Positions 25,340 through 32,000 of a stretch of 32,000 nt of DNA are shown here, piece by piece. Under the pieces are notes generated by a model. The model was not told where the DNA came from and did no database searches. It saw nothing but the letters and a program-made list of their open reading frames with translations. Both the position numbers and the translations under genes were made by a program. The first letter of the stretch is position 1; the number at the start of each line of letters is the position of its first letter. Origin of the DNA: Mycobacterium tuberculosis H37Rv (GTDB lineage: Bacteria; Actinomycetota; Actinomycetes; Mycobacteriales; Mycobacteriaceae). The stretch covers positions 2,100,001-2,132,000 of the forward strand of contig NC_000962.3 of NCBI RefSeq assembly GCF_000195955.2, read 5' to 3'.

Positions 25340-25819
25340 ATGCAAGGTGATCCCGATGTTCTGCGCCTGCTCAACGAACAATTGACCAGCGAGCTCACCG
25401 CTATCAACCAATACTTTCTGCACTCCAAGATGCAGGACAACTGGGGTTTTACCGAGCTGGCGGCCCACACCCGCGCGGAGTCGTTCGACGAAATGCGGCA
25501 CGCCGAGGAAATCACCGATCGCATCTTGTTGCTGGATGGTTTGCCGAACTACCAGCGCATCGGTTCGTTGCGTATCGGCCAGACGCTCCGCGAGCAATTT
25601 GAGGCCGATCTGGCGATCGAATACGACGTGTTGAATCGTCTCAAGCCAGGAATCGTCATGTGCCGGGAGAAACAGGACACCACCAGCGCCGTACTGCTGG
25701 AGAAAATCGTTGCCGACGAGGAAGAACACATCGACTACTTGGAAACGCAGCTGGAGCTGATGGACAAGCTAGGAGAGGAGCTTTACTCGGCGCAGTGCGT
25801 CTCTCGCCCACCGACCTGA
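25340..25819 (+). CDS. bfrA: Bacterioferritin BfrA (Rv1876), 159 aa
   Basis: ATG 25340 preceded by GGAG (25331-25334). MQGDPDVLRLLNEQLTSELTAINQYFLHSKM... is a textbook bacterioferritin with ferroxidase ligands (E..H, EEEH). The track start at 25118 runs through the IdeR boxes and is rejected. Confidence 0.97.
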   Translation: MQGDPDVLRLLNEQLTSELTAINQYFLHSKMQDNWGFTELAAHTRAESFDEMRHAEEITDRILLLDGLPNYQRIGSLRIGQTLREQFEADLAIEYDVLNRLKPGIVMCREKQDTTSAVLLEKIVADEEEHIDYLETQLELMDKLGEELYSAQCVSRPPT

Positions 25820-25903
25820 TGCCCGCTTGAGGATTCTCCGATACCACTCCGGGCGCCGCTGACAAGCTCTAGCATCGACTCGAACAGCGATGGGAGGGCG
25901 GAT

Positions 25904-27967
25904 ATGGCGGGCCCCACAGCACCGACCACTGCCCCCACCGCAATCCGAGCCGGTGGCCCGCTGCTCAGTCCGGTGCGACGCAACATTATTTTCACCGCAC
26001 TTGTGTTCGGGGTGCTGGTCGCTGCGACCGGCCAAACCATCGTTGTGCCCGCATTGCCGACGATCGTCGCCGAGCTGGGCAGCACCGTTGACCAGTCGTG
26101 GGCGGTCACCAGCTATCTGCTGGGGGGAACTGTCGTGGTTGTGGTGGCTGGCAAGCTCGGTGATCTGCTCGGCCGCAACAGGGTGCTGCTAGGCTCCGTC
26201 GTGGTCTTCGTCGTTGGCTCTGTGCTGTGCGGGTTATCGCAGACGATGACCATGCTGGCGATCTCTCGCGCACTGCAGGGCGTCGGTGCCGGTGCGATTT
26301 CCGTCACCGCCTACGCGCTGGCCGCTGAGGTGGTCCCACTGCGGGACCGTGGCCGCTACCAGGGCGTCTTAGGTGCGGTGTTCGGTGTCAACACGGTCAC
26401 CGGTCCGCTGCTGGGGGGCTGGCTCACCGACTATCTGAGCTGGCGGTGGGCGTTTTGGATCAACGTGCCGGTTTCGATCGCGGTGCTGACAGTGGCGGCA
26501 ACCGCCGTCCCTGCGTTGGCCCGACCGCCCAAACCGGTCATCGACTACCTTGGGATCCTGGTCATCGCTGTGGCCACGACCGCTTTGATCATGGCCACAA
26601 GTTGGGGCGGAACCACCTACGCCTGGGGCTCAGCGACCATTGTCGGGCTGTTGATCGGGGCCGCAGTGGCGCTGGGTTTCTTCGTGTGGCTGGAGGGCCG
26701 CGCCGCTGCGGCCATCCTGCCGCCCAGGCTGTTTGGCAGCCCAGTATTTGCCGTGTGCTGCGTCCTGTCCTTCGTGGTCGGATTCGCGATGCTGGGTGCA
26801 CTGACCTTCGTACCGATCTATCTGGGGTACGTGGACGGCGCGTCGGCGACCGCGTCAGGTCTGCGCACGTTGCCGATGGTGATCGGCCTGCTGATCGCCT
26901 CGACCGGGACGGGTGTCCTGGTCGGCCGGACGGGCCGCTACAAGATCTTCCCGGTCGCGGGGATGGCGCTGATGGCGGTTGCGTTCCTGCTGATGTCGCA
27001 GATGGACGAGTGGACGCCACCGCTGCTGCAATCGCTGTACCTGGTCGTCCTAGGTGCCGGCATCGGATTGTCCATGCAGGTGCTCGTTCTCATCGTGCAG
27101 AACACGTCGTCTTTCGAAGACCTCGGCGTCGCAACATCGGGTGTGACCTTCTTCCGGGTGGTCGGCGCCTCGTTTGGTACCGCAACATTCGGTGCGTTGT
27201 TCGTAAACTTCCTGGACCGAAGACTCGGTTCCGCGCTGACGTCGGGCGCCGTGCCTGTCCCGGCAGTGCCATCTCCGGCTGTCTTGCATCAGCTGCCCCA
27301 GAGCATGGCCGCCCCGATCGTGCGGGCATATGCCGAGTCGCTCACCCAGGTGTTCCTTTGCGCGGTCTCGGTCACGGTGGTCGGTTTCATCCTGGCGCTG
27401 TTGCTGCGAGAGGTACCGCTCACCGACATCCACGATGACGCCGACGACCTCGGCGACGGGTTCGGTGTGCCCAGAGCCGAATCGCCGGAGGATGTGTTGG
27501 AAATCGCGGTTCGGCGTATGCTGCCGAACGGGGTGCGACTGCGCGATATTGCGACACAACCCGGTTGCGGACTCGGCGTCGCCGAGCTGTGGGCCCTTCT
27601 GCGGATCTATCAATACCAGCGGCTGTTCGAGGCAGTACGGCTGACCGATATCGGTAGACACCTGCACGTGCCCTATCAGGTCTTTGAACCCGTCTTCGAC
27701 CGTCTGGTCCAGACCGGCTACGCGGCACGCGACGGCGACATCTTGACGCTAACCCCGTCCGGGCACCGTCAGGTCGACTCCCTCGCAGTTTTGATCCGTC
27801 AGTGGCTGCTCGACCACTTGGCCGTGGCGCCCGGCTTGAAGCGACAGCCAGACCACCAATTCGAAGCCGCTCTGCAGCACGTCACCGACGCGGTGCTCGT
27901 TCAACGAGACTGGTATGAAGATCTGGGCGACCTGTCGGAATCACGCCAACTCGCGGCTACAACGTAG
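25904..27967 (+). CDS. MFS drug/H+ antiporter, 14-TMS EmrB/QacA (DHA2) type, with long C-terminal cytoplasmic extension (Rv1877-like)
   Basis: 687 aa from ATG 25904, preceded by GGGAGGG. MFS motif A-like GKLGDLLGRNRVLL and about 14 hydrophobic segments up to about aa 505. The tail has about 185 non-membrane residues (see findings). Confidence 0.9.
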   Translation: MAGPTAPTTAPTAIRAGGPLLSPVRRNIIFTALVFGVLVAATGQTIVVPALPTIVAELGSTVDQSWAVTSYLLGGTVVVVVAGKLGDLLGRNRVLLGSVVVFVVGSVLCGLSQTMTMLAISRALQGVGAGAISVTAYALAAEVVPLRDRGRYQGVLGAVFGVNTVTGPLLGGWLTDYLSWRWAFWINVPVSIAVLTVAATAVPALARPPKPVIDYLGILVIAVATTALIMATSWGGTTYAWGSATIVGLLIGAAVALGFFVWLEGRAAAAILPPRLFGSPVFAVCCVLSFVVGFAMLGALTFVPIYLGYVDGASATASGLRTLPMVIGLLIASTGTGVLVGRTGRYKIFPVAGMALMAVAFLLMSQMDEWTPPLLQSLYLVVLGAGIGLSMQVLVLIVQNTSSFEDLGVATSGVTFFRVVGASFGTATFGALFVNFLDRRLGSALTSGAVPVPAVPSPAVLHQLPQSMAAPIVRAYAESLTQVFLCAVSVTVVGFILALLLREVPLTDIHDDADDLGDGFGVPRAESPEDVLEIAVRRMLPNGVRLRDIATQPGCGLGVAELWALLRIYQYQRLFEAVRLTDIGRHLHVPYQVFEPVFDRLVQTGYAARDGDILTLTPSGHRQVDSLAVLIRQWLLDHLAVAPGLKRQPDHQFEAALQHVTDAVLVQRDWYEDLGDLSESRQLAATT

Positions 27968-28021
27968 CGATGCTTGCCGCGCGTAGCCGCGCGAGCTGAT
28001 CCGCGCTGCAGAATGACTGCC

Positions 28022-29374
28022 ATGACAGCCACACCGCTTGCCGCGGCCGCGATCGCCCAATTGGAGGCAGAGGGCGTCGACACCGTCATCGGCACCGTCG
28101 TGAACCCCGCCGGACTCACCCAGGCCAAGACCGTGCCGATACGCCGGACCAACACATTCGCCAATCCTGGCCTCGGCGCCAGTCCGGTGTGGCATACCTT
28201 CTGTATCGACCAATGCAGTATTGCATTCACCGCAGACATCAGTGTGGTCGGCGATCAACGTCTCCGCATCGATCTGTCCGCCTTGCGCATCATCGGCGAC
28301 GGGTTGGCGTGGGCGCCCGCCGGGTTCTTCGAGCAGGACGGCACACCGGTCCCCGCCTGCAGCCGAGGAACACTGAGCCGGATCGAGGCCGCGCTTGCTG
28401 ATGCCGGCATCGACGCGGTAATCGGCCACGAAGTCGAATTCCTCTTGGTCGACGCGGACGGCCAGCGGCTGCCTTCGACGCTGTGGGCGCAGTACGGTGT
28501 CGCCGGGGTGCTCGAGCACGAGGCGTTCGTCCGCGATGTCAACGCCGCGGCAACGGCAGCAGGCATCGCTATCGAGCAGTTCCATCCCGAATACGGTGCC
28601 AACCAATTCGAGATCTCGTTAGCGCCGCAGCCGCCGGTCGCGGCCGCCGATCAGCTGGTGCTGACCCGCCTCATCATCGGCCGTACCGCCCGCCGGCACG
28701 GGTTACGCGTGAGCCTATCGCCAGCGCCCTTCGCCGGAAGTATCGGATCCGGTGCCCACCAACACTTCTCGCTGACTATGTCGGAAGGGATGCTGTTCTC
28801 CGGTGGGACTGGAGCAGCTGGCATGACCTCGGCCGGGGAGGCCGCGGTGGCAGGAGTGCTTCGCGGACTACCGGACGCCCAAGGCATCCTGTGCGGATCG
28901 ATCGTGTCCGGTCTGCGAATGCGACCCGGTAACTGGGCCGGAATCTATGCATGCTGGGGTACCGAAAACCGGGAAGCGGCGGTGCGATTCGTCAAGGGCG
29001 GGGCTGGCAGCGCGTACGGCGGGAACGTGGAGGTGAAGGTCGTCGACCCGTCGGCCAACCCGTATCTCGCGTCGGCGGCGATCCTCGGACTGGCACTCGA
29101 CGGCATGAAGACCAAGGCGGTGTTGCCGTCGGAAACGACCGTAGACCCGACACAGCTGTCTGACGTGGATCGTGACCGTGCCGGCATTCTGCGACTTGCT
29201 GCCGATCAGGCGGATGCAATTGCTGTACTGGATAGTTCGAAACTGCTTCGGTGCATCCTTGGCGATCCCGTGGTAGATGCCGTGGTCGCGGTACGCCAGT
29301 TAGAGCATGAGCGCTACGGTGACCTCGATCCTGCGCAGCTGGCCGACAAGTTCCGGATGGCTTGGAGTGTGTAA
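28022..29374 (+). CDS. glnA3: Glutamine synthetase-like enzyme GlnA3 (probable gamma-glutamyl-amine ligase) (Rv1878)
   Basis: 450 aa from ATG 28022; ATG 28013 or the track's TTG 27974 are alternatives. GS catalytic-domain motifs are present: HPEYGANQFEISL and FAGSIGSGAHQHFSL (GS ATP-binding signature). Confidence 0.9.
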   Translation: MTATPLAAAAIAQLEAEGVDTVIGTVVNPAGLTQAKTVPIRRTNTFANPGLGASPVWHTFCIDQCSIAFTADISVVGDQRLRIDLSALRIIGDGLAWAPAGFFEQDGTPVPACSRGTLSRIEAALADAGIDAVIGHEVEFLLVDADGQRLPSTLWAQYGVAGVLEHEAFVRDVNAAATAAGIAIEQFHPEYGANQFEISLAPQPPVAAADQLVLTRLIIGRTARRHGLRVSLSPAPFAGSIGSGAHQHFSLTMSEGMLFSGGTGAAGMTSAGEAAVAGVLRGLPDAQGILCGSIVSGLRMRPGNWAGIYACWGTENREAAVRFVKGGAGSAYGGNVEVKVVDPSANPYLASAAILGLALDGMKTKAVLPSETTVDPTQLSDVDRDRAGILRLAADQADAIAVLDSSKLLRCILGDPVVDAVVAVRQLEHERYGDLDPAQLADKFRMAWSV

Positions 29375-29376
29375 CG

Positions 29377-30513
29377 ATGGCCGACTCCGCCGGTTCGGAC
29401 CTGACGCGGCACACGGCCGAAGTGCCGTTGATCGATCAGCACGTCCACGGATGCTGGCTGACCGAGGGGAACCGGCGGCGGTTCGAGAACGCGCTCAATG
29501 AGGCCAACACCGAACCCCTGGCAGACTTCGACTCGGGATTCGACTCACAACTCGGGTTCGCCGTGCGCAACCACTGCGCTCCCATCCTTGGATTGCCTAG
29601 GCACGTTGATCCGCAGACTTATTGGGATCGCCGCAGTCAATTCAGTGAAGCTGAATTGGCTCGCAGATTTCTGCAGGCCGCCGGGGTAACCGACTGGCTG
29701 GTGGAGACCGGAATCGGCTACGACGTGTCCGGAATGGCAAGCGTCGCCGGCCTCGGCGAACTGTCGGGCAGCCACGCTCACGAGGTGGTTCGTCTTGAAC
29801 AGGTGGCCGAACAGGCCGTGCAGGCATCCGGCGACTACGCCTCGGCGTTCAACGAGATACTGCGCCGGCGCGCAGCCACAGCGGTGGCAACCAAGTCCAT
29901 CCTGGCCTATCGAGGTGGATTCGACGGTGATCTGACCGAGCCACCCGCGGCGCAGGTCGCCGAGGCCGCCAAGCGCTGGCGCGACCGTGGCGGTGTCCGA
30001 TTACAGGATCGGGTTCTGCTGCGCTTCGGGTTGCATCAGGCGTTGCGCCTGGGCAAGCCGCTGCAGTTCCACGTCGGATTTGGCGACCGGGACGCTGATC
30101 TGCACAAGGCCAATCCGCTGTATCTGCTCGACTTCCTGCGGCAGTCCGGCAATACCCCAATCGTGTTGCTGCACTGCTATCCCTACGAACGAGAAGCCGG
30201 TTATCTGGCACAAGCCTTCAACAACGTCTATCTTGACGGCGGGTTGAGTGTGCACTACCTGGGGGCCCGGTCGCCGGCCTTCATCGGCCGACTACTGGAG
30301 CTTGCCCCCTTCCGCAAGATCGTGTACTCGTCGGACGGATTCGGCCCCGCGGAACTGCACTTTCTCGGTGCAACGTTGTGGCGCAGTGGAATTCAGCGTG
30401 TTCTGCGTGGCTTTGTCGAGCGCGACGACTGGTGCGAGACCGATGCCCTGCGGGTGGTCGACCTAATTGCCCATGGCACTGCCGCACGCATCTATCGCCT
30501 TGGCGATCGGTAG
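29377..30513 (+). CDS. Amidohydrolase-2 family metal-dependent hydrolase (Rv1879-like), 378 aa
   Basis: ATG 29377 lies 2 nt after the glnA3 TAA stop. N-terminal LIDQHVHG (HxH metal motif), a later QFHVGFGD, and VLLHCYPY are consistent with a TIM-barrel amidohydrolase. Confidence 0.85.
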   Translation: MADSAGSDLTRHTAEVPLIDQHVHGCWLTEGNRRRFENALNEANTEPLADFDSGFDSQLGFAVRNHCAPILGLPRHVDPQTYWDRRSQFSEAELARRFLQAAGVTDWLVETGIGYDVSGMASVAGLGELSGSHAHEVVRLEQVAEQAVQASGDYASAFNEILRRRAATAVATKSILAYRGGFDGDLTEPPAAQVAEAAKRWRDRGGVRLQDRVLLRFGLHQALRLGKPLQFHVGFGDRDADLHKANPLYLLDFLRQSGNTPIVLLHCYPYEREAGYLAQAFNNVYLDGGLSVHYLGARSPAFIGRLLELAPFRKIVYSSDGFGPAELHFLGATLWRSGIQRVLRGFVERDDWCETDALRVVDLIAHGTAARIYRLGDR

Positions 30514-30540
30514 CTTTCAGGTGGCGCAAGTGTGGCCCCG

Positions 30541-31857
30541 TCACGGGCTAACCATGGACCGTGCCGGACCCAGTGTCACCGGCAGCGTCGACCAACCGCG
30601 CAGCACCCGCGTGTCACGCCGACTTCCGGCACCCGCGGCCCGCACATCGGGGAAGCGGTCGAAGAACGTTCTCAGCCCGACCTCGCCTTCGGCGCGGGCC
30701 AGGGCGGCCCCCAGGCAGAAGTGGCGGCCGGTAGAGAACGCAAGATGTCGTCCGGCATTGGGGCGTTCGATGTCAAAGCGGTGCGGATCCGGGAACACAG
30801 CGGGATCGCGGTTGGCGGCTGCTAGGTAGATCACCACGACTTCGCCGCGTTTGATTCGCACACCAGCCACCTCGACGTCACGGCAAGCCACCCGGGCGGT
30901 GAGCTGAACCGGCGAATCCAGCCGCAGGATTTCTTCAACCGTATTCGGCCACAGCTCCGGATGTTGGCGCAGTGTGGCCAGATGTTCGGGGGTATCCAAC
31001 AACATGCGAATCCCGTTGCCTAACAGGTTCACTGTGGTTTCGAATCCGGCGACCAAAACCAGTCCGGCGATCGCCCGAAGTTCGGTCTCGTCGAGCTGTG
31101 TCTCGTTGTCCCCGCTTTCGGCGATCTGGATCAACTGACTCATCAGGTCGTCACCCGGAGCGTGCCGCAACTGCTGCAGATGCCCTTCCAGCCAGCAGTC
31201 GAATCCTCGTATCCCCTGCTGCACACGCAGGTACTGCCGCCACGGAATCCCGATGTCTAGACTCGGCGCTGCCAACTCACCAAATTCCAGGACGCGCGGC
31301 CTGTCATGCTCGGGCACGCCCAAAATTTCGCTGATGACCACGATCGGCAGTTGCGAGCAATAGCGTCCTACGACGTCCACAATCCCGGGCTGCTCAGCGA
31401 ACCGATCCAAGAGATTGATCGCGGTCTGTTCGACCAGATCGCGTAGCGCGCTGACCGCCCGTGAGGTGAACACCGCCGACACCGTTTTGCGGTAGCGAGT
31501 GTGATCGGGCGGCTCGACGGCCAGCAGCGAAGGTTCTCGCAGGGGGTGAAGTTGATCGCCGCGGGTCCGCCGCTCCAGCCAGCGCAGCGGTGGTGGCAGA
31601 TTCTCGCCGAAGGAGACGACGCGGAAGTCGTCCGATCGCAGCAGGTCATGGGCGAGCCGATGGTCGACGGTCAGGTAGTTGGCGCGGTTGCGCACCAGGG
31701 CGCCGTGGGACCGGACTTCGTCGTAAAAGGGCACCGGATCGGTGGCGACGGCCGGATCCGCGATCAGCCGGGCCTGCAAGTCGCCACGCCGAATCCCGAT
31801 TGCCGCAATGCCGCGGATCACCCCGTGCATCGCCAACCAGTGCAGCTTGTCCTTCAC
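30541..31857 (-). CDS. cyp140: Cytochrome P450 Cyp140 (Rv1880c), 438 aa
   Basis: GTG 31857 preceded by GGAGG. The upstream part of the track ORF (to 31989) crosses a lower-GC region and another gene's 3' end. I-helix AGFETT, ExxR (EEILRL), heme-thiolate loop FSTGRHFCLGAALAR. Confidence 0.92.
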   Translation of the reverse strand: MKDKLHWLAMHGVIRGIAAIGIRRGDLQARLIADPAVATDPVPFYDEVRSHGALVRNRANYLTVDHRLAHDLLRSDDFRVVSFGENLPPPLRWLERRTRGDQLHPLREPSLLAVEPPDHTRYRKTVSAVFTSRAVSALRDLVEQTAINLLDRFAEQPGIVDVVGRYCSQLPIVVISEILGVPEHDRPRVLEFGELAAPSLDIGIPWRQYLRVQQGIRGFDCWLEGHLQQLRHAPGDDLMSQLIQIAESGDNETQLDETELRAIAGLVLVAGFETTVNLLGNGIRMLLDTPEHLATLRQHPELWPNTVEEILRLDSPVQLTARVACRDVEVAGVRIKRGEVVVIYLAAANRDPAVFPDPHRFDIERPNAGRHLAFSTGRHFCLGAALARAEGEVGLRTFFDRFPDVRAAGAGSRRDTRVLRGWSTLPVTLGPARSMVSP

Positions 31858-31906
31858 CGCGCCTCCGTCGATCGAGTGGCTTTTCTTCAAGACTAGAACC
31901 CGCAAT

Positions 31907-32000
31907 TCAACATTCGGCGAGGATGTTGAAGTCTGTTGACACCACCGTGTTGGGTTTTTTGCTGCTGATGCCGTAGGCACTGCCGGCAACTGTGTATGTG
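31907..32000 (-). CDS. lppE: 3' end (last 30 codons plus stop) of an upstream minus-strand gene, probably lipoprotein LppE (Rv1881c); 5' part outside window
   Basis: This is absent from the ORF track. The minus-strand frame is open from the window edge to TGA (complement of 31907-31909) and reads ...TYTVAGSAYGISSKKPNTVVSTDFNILAEC*. The composition is protein-like and about 67% of third positions are G/C. The identity as lppE comes from remembered gene order only. Confidence 0.5.
   Translation of the reverse strand, partial: TYTVAGSAYGISSKKPNTVVSTDFNILAEC

Noticed and set aside
27941-28606. 221-aa minus-strand ORF, and the 205-aa ORF at 27050-27667
   Set aside because: They are antisense to glnA3 and to the MFS transporter respectively, both of which have strong family signatures; shadow ORFs.
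31936-31960. Plus-strand hairpin (TTGACAC-cacc-GTGTTGG, three G.U pairs) followed by T6, resembling an intrinsic terminator
   Set aside because: It lies inside the probable 3' coding region of the upstream minus-strand gene, where the T6 is simply two Lys codons (AAA AAA) on the coding strand. The stem is weak, and no plus-strand gene is there to be terminated.
1-32000. Search for CRISPR arrays, tRNA/rRNA genes, IS elements or inverted terminal repeats, MIRU/VNTR-type tandem repeats, integrases, TA pairs and defence genes
   Set aside because: By eye I found no direct-repeat/spacer periodicity, no cloverleaf-like or rRNA-like segments, no transposase or integrase-like ORFs, and no compositional island. 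The only lower-GC patches are short promoter or spacer regions near 9040-9160, 15530-15620 and 31860-31960. The only exact-ish DNA repeat noted is the pair of IdeR boxes.

Overview
High-GC (~65%) actinobacterial chromosomal DNA. From the encoded proteins (Ala/Pro-rich antigen Apa, BfrA preceded by tandem IdeR boxes, Ndh, UreFGD, ModABC, LldD2, GlnA3, Cyp140) I recognise the Mycobacterium tuberculosis complex segment from Rv1851 (ureF, 3' end) to Rv1881c (lppE, 3' end). Locus names come from memory; no search was run. I can support 32 protein-coding genes, two of them partial at the window edges. They are tightly packed, with several overlapping or translationally coupled junctions. I found no rRNA, tRNA, CRISPR array, IS element, integrase, prophage, toxin-antitoxin or recognisable defence module, so this reads as core intermediary-metabolism DNA rather than an accessory island. 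Many long ORFs in the six-frame track are antisense or out-of-frame shadows typical of high-GC DNA, and several track ORFs start too far upstream; corrected starts are given per feature. The leads worth a second look are: (1) an MFS efflux pump whose ~185-aa cytoplasmic C-terminal tail reads like a MarR-type winged helix; (2) the Rv1866-Rv1868 block, with a tandem-fused family III CoA-transferase whose second half lacks the catalytic Asp, a thiolase-fold protein lacking the nucleophilic Cys, and a Rossmann/PEP-utiliser-like fusion; (3) an orphan minus-strand hairpin with U-tract terminator in the 451-bp apa-Rv1861 spacer; (4) a small divergent bfd gene sharing two near-identical IdeR boxes with bfrA; (5) a coupled glnA3-amidohydrolase pair. 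None of these can be shown to be a new system from sequence alone, and all domain-level claims come from by-eye motif alignment that needs HMM or structure confirmation.
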